Below, piece after piece: positions 55,104-64,000 of a stretch of 64,000 nucleotides of DNA. The stretch is from assembly GCA_031370785.1 (NCBI GenBank), contig JANMQY010000140.1:18627-82626 (forward strand), given 5' to 3'. The notes beneath the pieces were generated by a model. That model was not told where the DNA came from. It was given only the letters and a program-made list of their open reading frames with translations, and searched no databases. Both the position numbers and the translations under genes were made by a program. The stretch is from Candidatus Eiseniibacteriota bacterium. GTDB taxonomy: Bacteria; Eisenbacteria; RBG-16-71-46. Positions within the stretch are counted from its first letter, which is position 1; every line of letters starts with the position of its first letter.

Positions 55104-56036
55104 CTATCGCTTGATTGCCCTCACCTTCACCGACGCCACCGACGCCAATGCCTCGCGCTCTGCGCTGTCTTCGGGGAGAGCTTCGACGCCGACGCCGTAG
55201 CCGGACTCGCTCACCACCTCCACGTCGTGGAAACCCGCTTCGCGGATGAGCGCAAGGTAGTCTGCCCTCAGCGAGGCGCCGGCGACGCAGCCGCAATACA
55301 GATCGACATTGTGTCGGGTCTCGGCCGGGAGCTCGCGCGTCCACACCAGGTCGCTGAGCAGCATGCGCCCGCCCGGGCGAAGCGCCCGGTACGCTTCGCG
55401 GAACACCTGCGCCTTCTCGGGAGAAAGGTTGACGACGCAGTTCGAAAGGATCGCATCGACGCTGGCATCCGCGACCGGCAGGTGCTCGATCTCTCCGAGG
55501 CGGAACTCGACGTTCGCGTAGCCGCCGCGCGTTGCATTGCCGCGGGCGCGCTCGACCATGGCCGGCGTCATGTCCACGCCGATCACGCGACCGAGGGGAC
55601 CCACTTCGCGCGAGGCGAGGAAGCAGTCGATGCCGCCTCCCGATCCCAGGTCGAGCACGGTTTCGCCGGGTTCGAGTGCGGCGTGCGCGATCGGATTGCC
55701 GCAGCCTAGCCCGAGGTTCGCGCCTTCGGGAATTGCCGCAGCCTGATCGGCGCTGTATCCCACCTGTGCGAGCACTTCTTCCGCCGAGGACGGTCCGCCG
55801 CAGCATCCAGGGCCGCTCGAGGCACCTTCGGCGATCGCGCCGTAGCGCCGGCGCACCAGGGTGCGCACATTGTCCGCGCCGCCCTCGAGCAGCGCGACCT
55901 CCTCCGCGCTCGGGCTGCCGCAGCAGGTCGCGCCCTCGGCAATCGCCTTCGCTTTCGCGGCGGGATCGCAGCAGACGGATGAGTCCGAGGCCGGAGTGCA
56001 GCAGGCGGTGGCTTCGATGTTCGGATTCGTGCTCAT
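55104..56036 (-). CDS. arsM: Arsenite S-adenosylmethionine methyltransferase
   Basis: NLGLGCGNP, LDLGSGGGIDC, SNCVVNLSP, CGCVAGA; lies downstream of arsR. Confidence 0.9.
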   Translation of the reverse strand: MSTNPNIEATACCTPASDSSVCCDPAAKAKAIAEGATCCGSPSAEEVALLEGGADNVRTLVRRRYGAIAEGASSGPGCCGGPSSAEEVLAQVGYSADQAAAIPEGANLGLGCGNPIAHAALEPGETVLDLGSGGGIDCFLASREVGPLGRVIGVDMTPAMVERARGNATRGGYANVEFRLGEIEHLPVADASVDAILSNCVVNLSPEKAQVFREAYRALRPGGRMLLSDLVWTRELPAETRHNVDLYCGCVAGASLRADYLALIREAGFHDVEVVSESGYGVGVEALPEDSAEREALASVASVKVRAIKR

Positions 56037-56058
56037 GAGGAACTCTCCCTGGAGGCGT

Positions 56059-56394
56059 TTACAGCTCGTTCAGCAGCGTGCGCAGCCGGTTGACGGTTTC
56101 GGGTTTGACGCAGTAACAGACGCGCGGCCCTTCGACTTCTCCCTGAATGAGGTCGGCTTCCTTGAGCACCTTGAGGTGCTGCGAGACGGTGGGCTGCGCG
56201 AGCGGCAGCCGGTCGACGATTCCACCGCAGATGCATTCGCCGCTGGTGGCCAGCATGCGCAGAATCGCGACCCGCGCGGGATGTCCCAGCGCACGCGCCA
56301 GGGCGGCGAGCTCGAGATCGGCGGGGCGGAATGCGGCCGCGCGTGGCGCGGAGCGTGTTCGACGGGTGCGGGCGACGGGTGCGGACGGGCTCAT
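56059..56394 (-). CDS. arsR: ArsR/SmtB repressor
   Basis: [33 protein letters not shown]. Confidence 0.9.
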   Translation of the reverse strand: MSPSAPVARTRRTRSAPRAAAFRPADLELAALARALGHPARVAILRMLATSGECICGGIVDRLPLAQPTVSQHLKVLKEADLIQGEVEGPRVCYCVKPETVNRLRTLLNEL

Positions 56395-56406
56395 TGAACC
56401 TCCTTT

Positions 56407-56429
56407 ATCGTAAATCGTAAATATACGAT
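56407..56429. promoter_or_regulatory. Probable ArsR operator
   Basis: ATCGTA-AATA-TACGAT (56414-56429) plus an extra ATCGTAA half-site, just upstream of arsR. Confidence 0.75.
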
Positions 56430-56588
56430 GAGTGATGGCGCGCCCAGGTGCAACATCTTTCCTGTGGGGTCACCAGAGCTGGATCCGGACCGCGGTGGAG
56501 AAGGCGCCCCAGTCCCATCCGGGGTTGCTCGACCCGGATCCGGACTACAGGCGCTCGAGCCGGATCCGGGCCCCGGCGTCGCGAAGAG

Positions 56589-57566
56589 TCAGCGCGAGCG
56601 CGACCCGCTCGACCCGCGTGGGACCGGCGCGTTCTGGCCCCACAGCGCCAGCAACGAGTCATCCAGATGTCCGCGCCAGAAGCTCCAGTTGTGGCCGCCC
56701 GGGTACTCGCGGTAGGTGTGGGGGATGCCGAGCCTGGTGAGCTCGCGATCGAGTTCGCGGTTGCTCTCCAGCTCGGGATCGTGAGCGCCGACGTCGAAGT
56801 AGATGGTGAGCGCATGCAGCGCGGGCGCGATCCACTCCACATAGAGCGCGGGGCTGTATTCGGCGAGCAGGCGCTGCGCGTCCTTTCCTTCGCCAAAGAT
56901 CCGCCGGTTGTCCCACGCCAGCTGCAGATCGTAGTCACCGCTGTGCCCGGCGCAGCGCGAGAACAGCTCCGGATGGCGGAAGGCGAGGTTGATCGCACCG
57001 GTCCCCCCATCCGAGAGCCCGATGATGCCGCGGGCGCGACGGTCGCGGATGGTGCGAAGGGTGGAGTCGGCCCACGCGACCAGATCGTGACTGATGAAGT
57101 CCGCCATGTTGCACCGGCCGTCGGCGGCATTCACGTACAGCGAGCGCCCGAGCATGCCGTGTCCGTTGCCGTTGGGGATCACCGCGATCAGCTCCGGGAT
57201 GCGATGCTCGTCGATGAGCGTGTCGAGCGTCTCGTCCGCATGGCCCTGCCCGCTCCAGTTGCCATCCCCGCCCGGCCAGCCGTGCAGCATGAATACGACC
57301 TGATAGCGCTTCGCGCTCGAGTCGGGGTCGAAGTAGGAGGGAGGCAGATACACGCGCACGCTGTGCTCGCTCTCGCCGAGCGAAGGCGCCGGAATGCGCA
57401 GCATGCGCAGGGTGCCGTGGGGAAGGACACCTAGGGCCGATTCCGCGGCGGGCGCAGTTCCGGTTCCGGCAGCAGGCGCGCGTCCGGATCCGGCGGCGAG
57501 CGCGGTGAATGTCAGCGTTATCGCGGCGAGCAGACATCGGTTTCGGTGGGCGATCACGTTACGCAT
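56589..57566 (-). CDS. Secreted alpha/beta-hydrolase esterase (Fes/antigen-85-like)
   Basis: VYLPPSY, LHG, GLSDGG, D, GGHNW. Confidence 0.88.
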   Translation of the reverse strand: MRNVIAHRNRCLLAAITLTFTALAAGSGRAPAAGTGTAPAAESALGVLPHGTLRMLRIPAPSLGESEHSVRVYLPPSYFDPDSSAKRYQVVFMLHGWPGGDGNWSGQGHADETLDTLIDEHRIPELIAVIPNGNGHGMLGRSLYVNAADGRCNMADFISHDLVAWADSTLRTIRDRRARGIIGLSDGGTGAINLAFRHPELFSRCAGHSGDYDLQLAWDNRRIFGEGKDAQRLLAEYSPALYVEWIAPALHALTIYFDVGAHDPELESNRELDRELTRLGIPHTYREYPGGHNWSFWRGHLDDSLLALWGQNAPVPRGSSGSRSR

Positions 57567-57635
57567 ACTGCCACGCGGGTGAGTCCCGATGCACGCCCGG
57601 GTCGCGACGCCCTTCGCATCAGGGAAGCCGCCGCG

Positions 57636-57665
57636 TTGACGCTGTTCCGGCGCCCCTTCTATACT
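57636..57665 (+). promoter_or_regulatory. Sigma-70-like promoter
   Basis: TTGACG-N18-TATACT upstream of the crotonase gene. Confidence 0.55.
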
Positions 57666-57787
57666 CCGACCGCATTTGCCCGCGCCCGCCGCGGCCGGAT
57701 CCGTGCTCTGCGCGTTGCCAGGCGCCGCGCGATCGGACTTAAGTCCCGTGCCGCCGTTCCTCACGCCTTCGAGGGAGAACCAGCCCC

Positions 57788-58594
57788 ATGGACGCCACCA
57801 AGACCAAGCTCGTCGACTACCGGGTCCGGAACGGAGTCGCCGTGCTCGAGCTGAATGACCCGCCGGCCAATACCTACACCCACGAGATGATGCGCGACCT
57901 GGACGACGCGATCCTTCAGGCGCGCTTCGACGAGAACGTGCACGTCATCGTCCTGCGTGGAGCGGGAGAGAAGTTCTTCTGCGCGGGCGCGAACATCAAC
58001 ATGCTCAAGACCGTCAATCCCACCTTCAAGTACTACTTCTGCCTGCATGCCAACGAGACCCTCAACCGGCTCGAGCACACTCCCAAGCTGGTGATCGCCG
58101 CGCTCAACGGCCACACCGTCGGCGGCGGGCTCGAGATCGCGATGGCCGCGGACATCCGCATCGCGCGCAAGGGCGCCGGCAAGATCGGGCTTCCCGAGGT
58201 GACGCTCGGCGTGCTGCCGGGCACCGGCGGAACGCAGCGCCTGGCGCGGCTGGTCAACAAGAGCACCGCGATCGAGCTGATGGTCACCGGCGAGACCTTC
58301 GACTTCGAGAGAGGGCTCGCGCTTGGCATCGTGAATCATGTGTGGGAGACGGCGTCGAACGACGAGTTCATCGAGAAGGTCATGAAGTACGCCGAGACTT
58401 TCTGCCCGCCAAATCGGGCGGCCAAGGCGGTCGGCCGTATCAAGCGCTCGGTGCAGAGCGGCATCGAGATCCCGTTCGAGAGCGCGCTCGCGGTCGAGCG
58501 CGAGCTGCAGCAGCAGCTGTTCCAGAGCGAGGATGCGAAGGAAGGACTCGCCGCCTACGTCGAGAAGCGCAAGCCGAACTTCCAGGCGAAGTAG
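57788..58594 (+). CDS. Enoyl-CoA hydratase/isomerase
   Basis: FCAGAN, GGGLEIA, GLPEVTLGVLPGTGGTQRL, EKRKPNF. Confidence 0.92.
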   Translation: MDATKTKLVDYRVRNGVAVLELNDPPANTYTHEMMRDLDDAILQARFDENVHVIVLRGAGEKFFCAGANINMLKTVNPTFKYYFCLHANETLNRLEHTPKLVIAALNGHTVGGGLEIAMAADIRIARKGAGKIGLPEVTLGVLPGTGGTQRLARLVNKSTAIELMVTGETFDFERGLALGIVNHVWETASNDEFIEKVMKYAETFCPPNRAAKAVGRIKRSVQSGIEIPFESALAVERELQQQLFQSEDAKEGLAAYVEKRKPNFQAK

Positions 58595-58609
58595 CGTTCG
58601 AGATTGGCA

Positions 58610-58642
58610 GGGCCCCGTCGCCGCGATGCGACGGGGCCTTTT
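58610..58642 (+). terminator. Intrinsic terminator
   Basis: GGCCCCGTCG...CGACGGGGCC-TTTT. Confidence 0.75.
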
Positions 58643-58666
58643 GCATGCGTCGAAGCGGAGCGCCCC

Positions 58667-60418
58667 TCAGCCCGCGTTGCGGAAATAGGAGAGGAGCCCG
58701 GCCGGCGTCTGGGCGCGCAGCAGCGCCCGCGCGACCCGCGGCAGCGCAAGCGCGTCCGGGTAGACGAGGAAACGGTCCTCGAATGCGGGATTGAACTTCC
58801 GCTTCCAGCGGAACAGGTTCTTGAAGTCGTAATAGCGCGCGAGCGTTTCCATCAGGAAATCGCGCGCGCGGTCGTCGCCGGTCGGACTGTCGGGCGCTGC
58901 CGCAGGCGCTGCCTGCGTGCCCTTCACGTGCACGTGCGGATCATCCGGCACCTTCGCGAGCGCCGAAAGCGAAAGCGAGATCATCGCGTCGCCGCGCGTG
59001 CGCGCGTGCTCCACCGCCTTCACCACCAGGAACTCGGTCGAGCCGCTCAGCGAGTCGCTGTGCCTTCGCATCAGGTCGAGCGTCCAGCCGCGCCGCCCCC
59101 AGATCGGAACGAAGGTGCAGAACGCTTCCACCCGGCGCGCGCCCGGATTCCACGCCACCGCCAGCCACACGTCCGCGAGCGCGTTCGGATCGAAGCGCCC
59201 CATGCAGAAACCCTTCTCGCCGCCGTGGCGCGTACGCATCCACTCCGCGGAGATCGCGCGCATTTCGTCGAGGAGCCCGTCGGGATCTCGTTCCGAATCG
59301 AAGGGATTCTCGCCAGGCACGAACATGCGCGCCTGAAGGCCCTGCCGGTCGAGCTTGCGCACCATGCGCCGCAGCTCGCCGACCGCCGAACCCTCGAGCG
59401 TAAAGCGATCGGTCCACAGTAACGGGTCTTCGCCGATGTGGATCGCGCGCCATCCCTGCCGGCGATACTCGGCCAGGCGCTCGGGGCGGGCCTGGAAGAA
59501 CGCGAACTGCCAGTCGTGTTCGCTGCAGTGGTTCTGGAATGCGGTGAGCAGTGACGGGATCTCTTCCGGCGGACCGATCGGATCGCCGATCACCAGCAGC
59601 GTGTCGGCCTCGAACCTGTAGGCGATCACCGCCCGGTCGTTCGGACTGAAGAAGTAGTCGCTGTCCGGCGCGAGCGCGAAGGCCGCGACCGAGTTGTCGC
59701 CGTAGCGCCTGACCAGGTCGGCGACGCGCGCGCTCGCGGCGCGGTGACGCCCGCGGTGGCGCACCGGGCGCAGCCCGAGCAGGGCGATCGCGGTGAGCAG
59801 CGTGAGACCGATCACGCTCAGCGAATTGAGGAACCACCCCGCGACCCGATGCTCGACATGGCCGAGGTTCGGGCGCAGCACGATGGTCGAGTCGCCGAGA
59901 CCGAACAGCCGATAGCCGGCCTCGTGCGCGGCCATTCCGATCGTCGCCCCCTGTCCGTAGCGCGCGCCGACGATCCAGCATCCGACGATCGCGTACACCA
60001 GCAGGCCGAGCAGGGCGAGGAGCGCGGGCGAGCGCAGGCCGCGCAGCGACATCTCGCGACTCTTGACCTGAAACGCGCTCGCGCTCACGCCGAGCACGAA
60101 CATCAGGACCGCGGCGACGGTCGCCTCCTCGAAATCGAACGCCTTGAGCAGGTTGAATGGCACCGACAGCGCGCACAGGAAGAGCGCTGTCACGAACGCC
60201 CGGCGCTTGCCCCGGCGCAGCCCCCACGCCGTGACCATGAGCAGGGCGCCGGCGAGCAGGGTGAAGGTGCGGCTGGTATCCAGCACCTCGGTCGGGATCA
60301 GATGGCGAATGGCGAGCAGACGGTCCGGGGGATGGGAGAGGTATGCCGACCAGAGATCGATGATTCCCATCGCCGCCACGGCCAGCGCGAGCGCATTGCG
60401 CAGCAGAGCTCGATTCAT
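58667..60418 (-). CDS. MprF/LysX-like aminoacyl-phosphatidylglycerol synthase (DUF2156) with short membrane domain
   Basis: N-terminal TMs; GDPIG, IGED, EKGFCMG, LDLMRR, LSLSAL, LFRWKRKFNP. Confidence 0.85.
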   Translation of the reverse strand: MNRALLRNALALAVAAMGIIDLWSAYLSHPPDRLLAIRHLIPTEVLDTSRTFTLLAGALLMVTAWGLRRGKRRAFVTALFLCALSVPFNLLKAFDFEEATVAAVLMFVLGVSASAFQVKSREMSLRGLRSPALLALLGLLVYAIVGCWIVGARYGQGATIGMAAHEAGYRLFGLGDSTIVLRPNLGHVEHRVAGWFLNSLSVIGLTLLTAIALLGLRPVRHRGRHRAASARVADLVRRYGDNSVAAFALAPDSDYFFSPNDRAVIAYRFEADTLLVIGDPIGPPEEIPSLLTAFQNHCSEHDWQFAFFQARPERLAEYRRQGWRAIHIGEDPLLWTDRFTLEGSAVGELRRMVRKLDRQGLQARMFVPGENPFDSERDPDGLLDEMRAISAEWMRTRHGGEKGFCMGRFDPNALADVWLAVAWNPGARRVEAFCTFVPIWGRRGWTLDLMRRHSDSLSGSTEFLVVKAVEHARTRGDAMISLSLSALAKVPDDPHVHVKGTQAAPAAAPDSPTGDDRARDFLMETLARYYDFKNLFRWKRKFNPAFEDRFLVYPDALALPRVARALLRAQTPAGLLSYFRNAG

Positions 60419-60521
60419 GCGGCAAGGACCATAGCACGCGCACCTGAACGCTCTCCGAAGGGAGGCAGGTGCCGGGAGCGGGTCGGGCTGGGCTATAGTC
60501 GTTGCCGTGAAATCAGCCCGA

Positions 60522-61838
60522 ATGACATCGCGTGCGCTCCGAGCGTCCCTTCGCTCGAGCGCACCGCCCCCGCGCATCGCGAGTTCCGGCATGCTGATCG
60601 CGATCTTCGCGCTCGCGCTTCAGATTGCGGCCGTGGACCTGGCGTCCGCCCAGGCCGCGCCGCCGCAGCCAGCCCGCGCCGACAGCATCGCCGACGCCGC
60701 GCCCGCCCCGCTTCTCATCCCCGGGCGGGCGACGCCCGGAGATACACCGAAGAAGAGTCCGCGCGCACGCGCACGCGAGCAGGTGCAGGTGGGCCTCGAG
60801 CTGGAACGGCGCGGCCAGCCGGCGGCGGCGATCAGCGCGTACCGCAATGCGGTGGTGCTCGATCAAACCGTGCCCGAGGCCTACTACCGGATGGGCAGGC
60901 TGTTCCTGACCGTCAACGAGGTCAAGGAGGCTGTCGACTGCTTCACGCAGGAGGTCGCGAACCACCCGGCCCACGCCGCGGCCGGGCGCGAGCTGGGGTT
61001 TGGCCTGATCGCGCTCGGCGACCACGGGCGCGCGATCCGCCAGTTCGAGATCCTCACCCGCCGCAATCCGAACGATGCCGAGAGCTGGGACGGCCTCGCA
61101 AACGCATTGCTCGCCGCCCGGCGCCCGCGCGAAGCCGAGACCGCGATTCGCCGCGCGATGCGGTTGCAGCCGCGCCGCGCGGCCTATGTGCGCGACTACG
61201 GCGTGACGCTCGCGGCGCAGGGGCGCCTCGACGAAGCGCGCGCGGCGTACCGGCGTGCACAGCGGCTGAACCCTCGTGATCCGGGCGCATGGCTCAACCT
61301 GGGGAATCTCGAAGCTCGCGAGCATCAGACCGAGGCGGCGCTCACGGCGTATCGCGAGGCGCTGCGTCGCGACAGCACCTCGAGCCTCGCGTTCCAGGGA
61401 CAGATCGAAGCGCTGCACGGGCTGGGGCGCGACGCCGGGGCCGGAGCGCTCTACCGCGCCTGGCTGCAACGCCGCCCGCGCGATGTGGCGGCACGGCTCG
61501 ATGCGGTGCGGCATTTCATCTCGGCTGGCCGGCCCGATATCGCGCTCGAGCTGGCGCGCGGCGGTGTGCGCGCGGACGACAGGTCGGGCGACGCACACCT
61601 GGTGCTCGGCATCGCGCTCGGCGCGGCCGGCGATGCGCGCGGCGGACTCGAGGAGCTGCGTCGCGCCGAGAAGCTGTTCAAGAAGCCCGCCGAGCGTGCG
61701 CGCGCCACCGCGGCGATCAGCTCGGCGCGGCGCTTCGCTCCCGATTCGCTGCGGGCGTTCTACGCCGAGGACAGCATCGCGCACCCGGTGACGGCCCTGC
61801 CGGCGCCTTTGCCGACCAAGCGCGGCATCGATCCATGA
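60522..61838 (+). CDS. Secreted TPR protein
   Basis: Signal-like segment; multiple TPR motifs (AYYRMG, AWLNLG). Start 60522 or 60591. Confidence 0.85.
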   Translation: MTSRALRASLRSSAPPPRIASSGMLIAIFALALQIAAVDLASAQAAPPQPARADSIADAAPAPLLIPGRATPGDTPKKSPRARAREQVQVGLELERRGQPAAAISAYRNAVVLDQTVPEAYYRMGRLFLTVNEVKEAVDCFTQEVANHPAHAAAGRELGFGLIALGDHGRAIRQFEILTRRNPNDAESWDGLANALLAARRPREAETAIRRAMRLQPRRAAYVRDYGVTLAAQGRLDEARAAYRRAQRLNPRDPGAWLNLGNLEAREHQTEAALTAYREALRRDSTSSLAFQGQIEALHGLGRDAGAGALYRAWLQRRPRDVAARLDAVRHFISAGRPDIALELARGGVRADDRSGDAHLVLGIALGAAGDARGGLEELRRAEKLFKKPAERARATAAISSARRFAPDSLRAFYAEDSIAHPVTALPAPLPTKRGIDP

Positions 61839-62602
61839 GCGCATCGCTCGAGATCCGCCGCGACGGGGCGGTGGTGCGCGTCTCGCTGGCCAGGCCGCCG
61901 CTCAACGTGCTCGACCTCGCGCTCGACCGTGCGCTCGCCGAGGCGGTCGGTACTCTCGCGGCCGATCGGGACCTGGTCGCGATCGTGCTCGACGGCGGAG
62001 GGGCGCGTGGGTTCTCGGCGGGTGTCGAGGTCGCGGACCACGTGCCCGGCTCGGTCGAGGGCATGCTCGAGGATTTTCACGCAGTGGTGCGGGCACTGCT
62101 GCGCGCCGAGTGCGTGACCGTCGCCGCGATCCACGGCTTCGCGCTCGGTGGCGGGCTCGAGCTGGCGCTGGCATGCGATCTGGTGATCTGCGAGGAGAAC
62201 GCGCAGCTCGGCTTTCCCGAGATCACGCTGGGCTGCTATCCGCCGGTCGCGGCGGCGCTGCTGCCGGCGCGCGTGGGCTGGGCAGCCGCATGCGAGCTCG
62301 CGCTCACCGGCGAACCGGTGACGGCGGCGCGGGCGCACGCGCTCGGCCTCGTCAACCGACTGTGCGCCGCCGGCGAATTGCGTGCCGAGACCGATCGGCT
62401 GCTCGCCGCGCTCACCGCCAAGAGTCCGGCGGTGCTGCGCGAAGCCAAGCGCGCGCTGCGCGAAGGCGCGGGGCACGAGCCTGCGCTGGCACTGCGCCGG
62501 ATCGAGGCGCGCTATCTCGGCGACCTGATGAGCCTCGAGGATGCGACCGAAGGCATCCGCGCCTTCCAGGAGAAGCGCGCGCCACGCTGGCGCAACCGCT
62601 GA
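61835..62602 (+). CDS. Crotonase-family enzyme (Dch/dienoyl-CoA hydratase-like)
   Basis: RPPLNVLD, FSAGVEVADH, GGGLELALACD, GFPEITLGCYPP; ATGA overlap with the TPR gene. Confidence 0.85.
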   Translation: MSASLEIRRDGAVVRVSLARPPLNVLDLALDRALAEAVGTLAADRDLVAIVLDGGGARGFSAGVEVADHVPGSVEGMLEDFHAVVRALLRAECVTVAAIHGFALGGGLELALACDLVICEENAQLGFPEITLGCYPPVAAALLPARVGWAAACELALTGEPVTAARAHALGLVNRLCAAGELRAETDRLLAALTAKSPAVLREAKRALREGAGHEPALALRRIEARYLGDLMSLEDATEGIRAFQEKRAPRWRNR

Positions 62603-62692
62603 GGCACCCCGCGGTCGTTGCCCCTGCGAGACCCATCGAGTAAGGTCTTCTGCCGCATGCGGCCCCCAGGCAATCCTCGAAAGCGCACGCCC

Positions 62693-63712
62693 ATGACCGA
62701 CGCCACCCACACCCTGTTCCTCGCCGCTCCGCGCGGGTTCTGCGCGGGGGTGGACCGTGCCATCGACATCGTCGAGATGGCGCTGCAGGTATACGGCGCG
62801 CCGGTCTACGTGCGCCACGAGATCGTGCACAACCGGCACGTCGTCGAAGACCTGCGCCGCAAGGGGGCGGTGTTCACCGACGATCTCGCGGACGTGCCCG
62901 AGGGCGCGGTCGTGATCTTCTCGGCCCACGGCGTCTCGCCGGCGGTCCGCGCCGAAGCCAAGGCGCGCGGGCTGCGCACGCTCGATGCCACCTGCCCTCT
63001 GGTCACCAAGGTGCATCTCGAGGCGCTTCGCTACGCGCAGCAGGGCTACACCATCGTGCTGGTCGGTCACCGCAACCATGTCGAAGTGCAGGGCACGATG
63101 GGCGAGGCGCCGGACAACATCGTGATCGTCGAGACCGTCGCGGATGCGGAAGCGCTGACCCTTCCCGATCCATCGCGAGTCGCCTACATCTCGCAGACCA
63201 CGCTCTCGGTGGACGACGTGCGCGCGATCGTCGACACGCTCAAGCGCCGGTTTCCATCGATTCACGAGCCGGCCAAGGCCGACATCTGCTACGCGACGCA
63301 GAACCGGCAAGATGCGGTCAAGGAGCTGTCGAGGCGCTGCCGGGTGGTGCTGGTGGTCGGCGCGCCGGCCAGCAGCAACGCCAATCGCCTGGTCGAAGTG
63401 GCCGAGCACCTGGGCGCGCGCGCCTACCTGATCGAATCGGCCGACGACATCCGTGCGGAGTGGATCGATGGGGACGTTGGCATCACCGCCGGCGCTTCGA
63501 CACCCGAGGAAGTGGTGCAGGCGTGCGTGCGCCACGTGAGCGCGCTGGGCAGGTACAGGGTCGAAGAGTTCCAGCTGGTCGAGGAGCGTGTGATGTTTCC
63601 GCTCCCGGGCGAGCTGCTCCAGATCGCACGCAAGAAGGGCATCGCGGTCGGTGCCGGAAACGAGCGCGCCGCCGCGCGCGCCGAGGCCGAGTACCGCGTG
63701 CGTCACCACTGA
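62693..63712 (+). CDS. ispH: 4-hydroxy-3-methylbut-2-enyl diphosphate reductase
   Basis: PRGFCAGV, IVHN, SAHG, DATCPLV, DICYATQNRQ, SSN, TAGASTP. Confidence 0.96.
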   Translation: MTDATHTLFLAAPRGFCAGVDRAIDIVEMALQVYGAPVYVRHEIVHNRHVVEDLRRKGAVFTDDLADVPEGAVVIFSAHGVSPAVRAEAKARGLRTLDATCPLVTKVHLEALRYAQQGYTIVLVGHRNHVEVQGTMGEAPDNIVIVETVADAEALTLPDPSRVAYISQTTLSVDDVRAIVDTLKRRFPSIHEPAKADICYATQNRQDAVKELSRRCRVVLVVGAPASSNANRLVEVAEHLGARAYLIESADDIRAEWIDGDVGITAGASTPEEVVQACVRHVSALGRYRVEEFQLVEERVMFPLPGELLQIARKKGIAVGAGNERAAARAEAEYRVRHH

Positions 63713-63734
63713 GGCGCTGCCGCGCACTCACCGC

Positions 63735-64000
63735 ATGCTGAATCCCCACGCTTTCCTCGCGCCGCACCGCCCGACCCTGCTGGTCGACCAGCAGCGCGGG
63801 CACCACACGCCGATGCTCGACGCATTCGGCGAGGCCACCGAGACCTTCTGGGGCGACCGACCGGAGGCGGTGGTGGTGCTGAGCGCTCGCTGGACCGCCG
63901 AGAGTCCGTTTCGCGTGGATGCGAGCCGGCGCCATACAACGCTCACCGACTACTCGGGCTTCGGCGTCGAAGTCCGCTACGACTGTGACGGGCATCCCGC
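63735..64000 (+). CDS. LigB/DODA-type extradiol dioxygenase-like protein (5' part only; runs off the window)
   Basis: Manual translation MLNPHAFLAPHRPTLL...RPEAVVVLSARW...TLTDYSGFG...YDCDGHP. Confidence 0.7.
   Translation, partial: MLNPHAFLAPHRPTLLVDQQRGHHTPMLDAFGEATETFWGDRPEAVVVLSARWTAESPFRVDASRRHTTLTDYSGFGVEVRYDCDGHP

Noticed and set aside
18899..56036. Selenocysteine recoding in msrB or arsM
   Set aside because: The catalytic positions are ordinary Cys codons and there are no in-frame TGA interruptions.
56478..56570. Three GGATCCGG-containing short repeats upstream of arsR
   Set aside because: They are short, GC-rich and irregularly spaced, with no supportable function.
2387..63727. Many long alternative-frame or antisense ORFs (e.g. 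2387-4423, 8185-10968, 22311-24725, 42743-44719, 61760-63727)
   Set aside because: They are R/A/G/P-rich shadows of well-supported genes, as expected in high-GC DNA with few stop codons, and carry no family motifs.
1..64000. Mobile elements, prophage, defence systems, tRNA/rRNA
   Set aside because: No transposase, integrase, phage structural, restriction/Cas or structural RNA signatures were recognised by eye, and composition looks uniform.

Overview
This is a high-GC, gene-dense stretch of bacterial chromosome with about 55 protein-coding genes. I found no rRNA, tRNA, CRISPR array, transposase, integrase or phage gene. A C-terminal FlgD-Ig/T9SS-like sorting domain and the overall gene style suggest an FCB-related lineage such as Ca. 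Eisenbacteria; this is inference only. Contents: cell-envelope genes (WecA-like, GT2, ArnT-like, MprF/LysX-like); proteases (TldD/PmbA, S9, tricorn S41); metal handling (HMA protein, P1B-4 ATPase, Zn-type uptake operon, arsR-arsM); DNA repair (ada-alkA, ogt); c-di-nucleotide signalling (HEAT + HD-GYP pair, Cache-HAMP-GGDEF); acyl-CoA catabolism (atuA, bioY-HAD-dinB-ALDH-VOC-thiolase, two crotonases); plus acsA, rocF, msrB, csp, apbE and ispH. The most notable observations are: (1) a cupredoxin lipoprotein that appears circularly permuted; (2) a His/CxxC-rich leader ORF ending in RGPP ahead of a metal-uptake operon that lacks an ATPase, a candidate metal-sensing ribosome-arrest system; (3) a HEAT/HD-GYP gene pair sharing a paralogous N-terminal domain; (4) a secreted beta-propeller/diheme protein; (5) a Cys-rich GAF-Fis regulator with no AAA+ domain and tandem palindromes upstream; (6) histone-like tails on two enzymes of one operon; (7) a secreted protein with a C2H2-like finger behind a sigma-54-type promoter. 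All family assignments come from motif recognition by eye; no database search was run.
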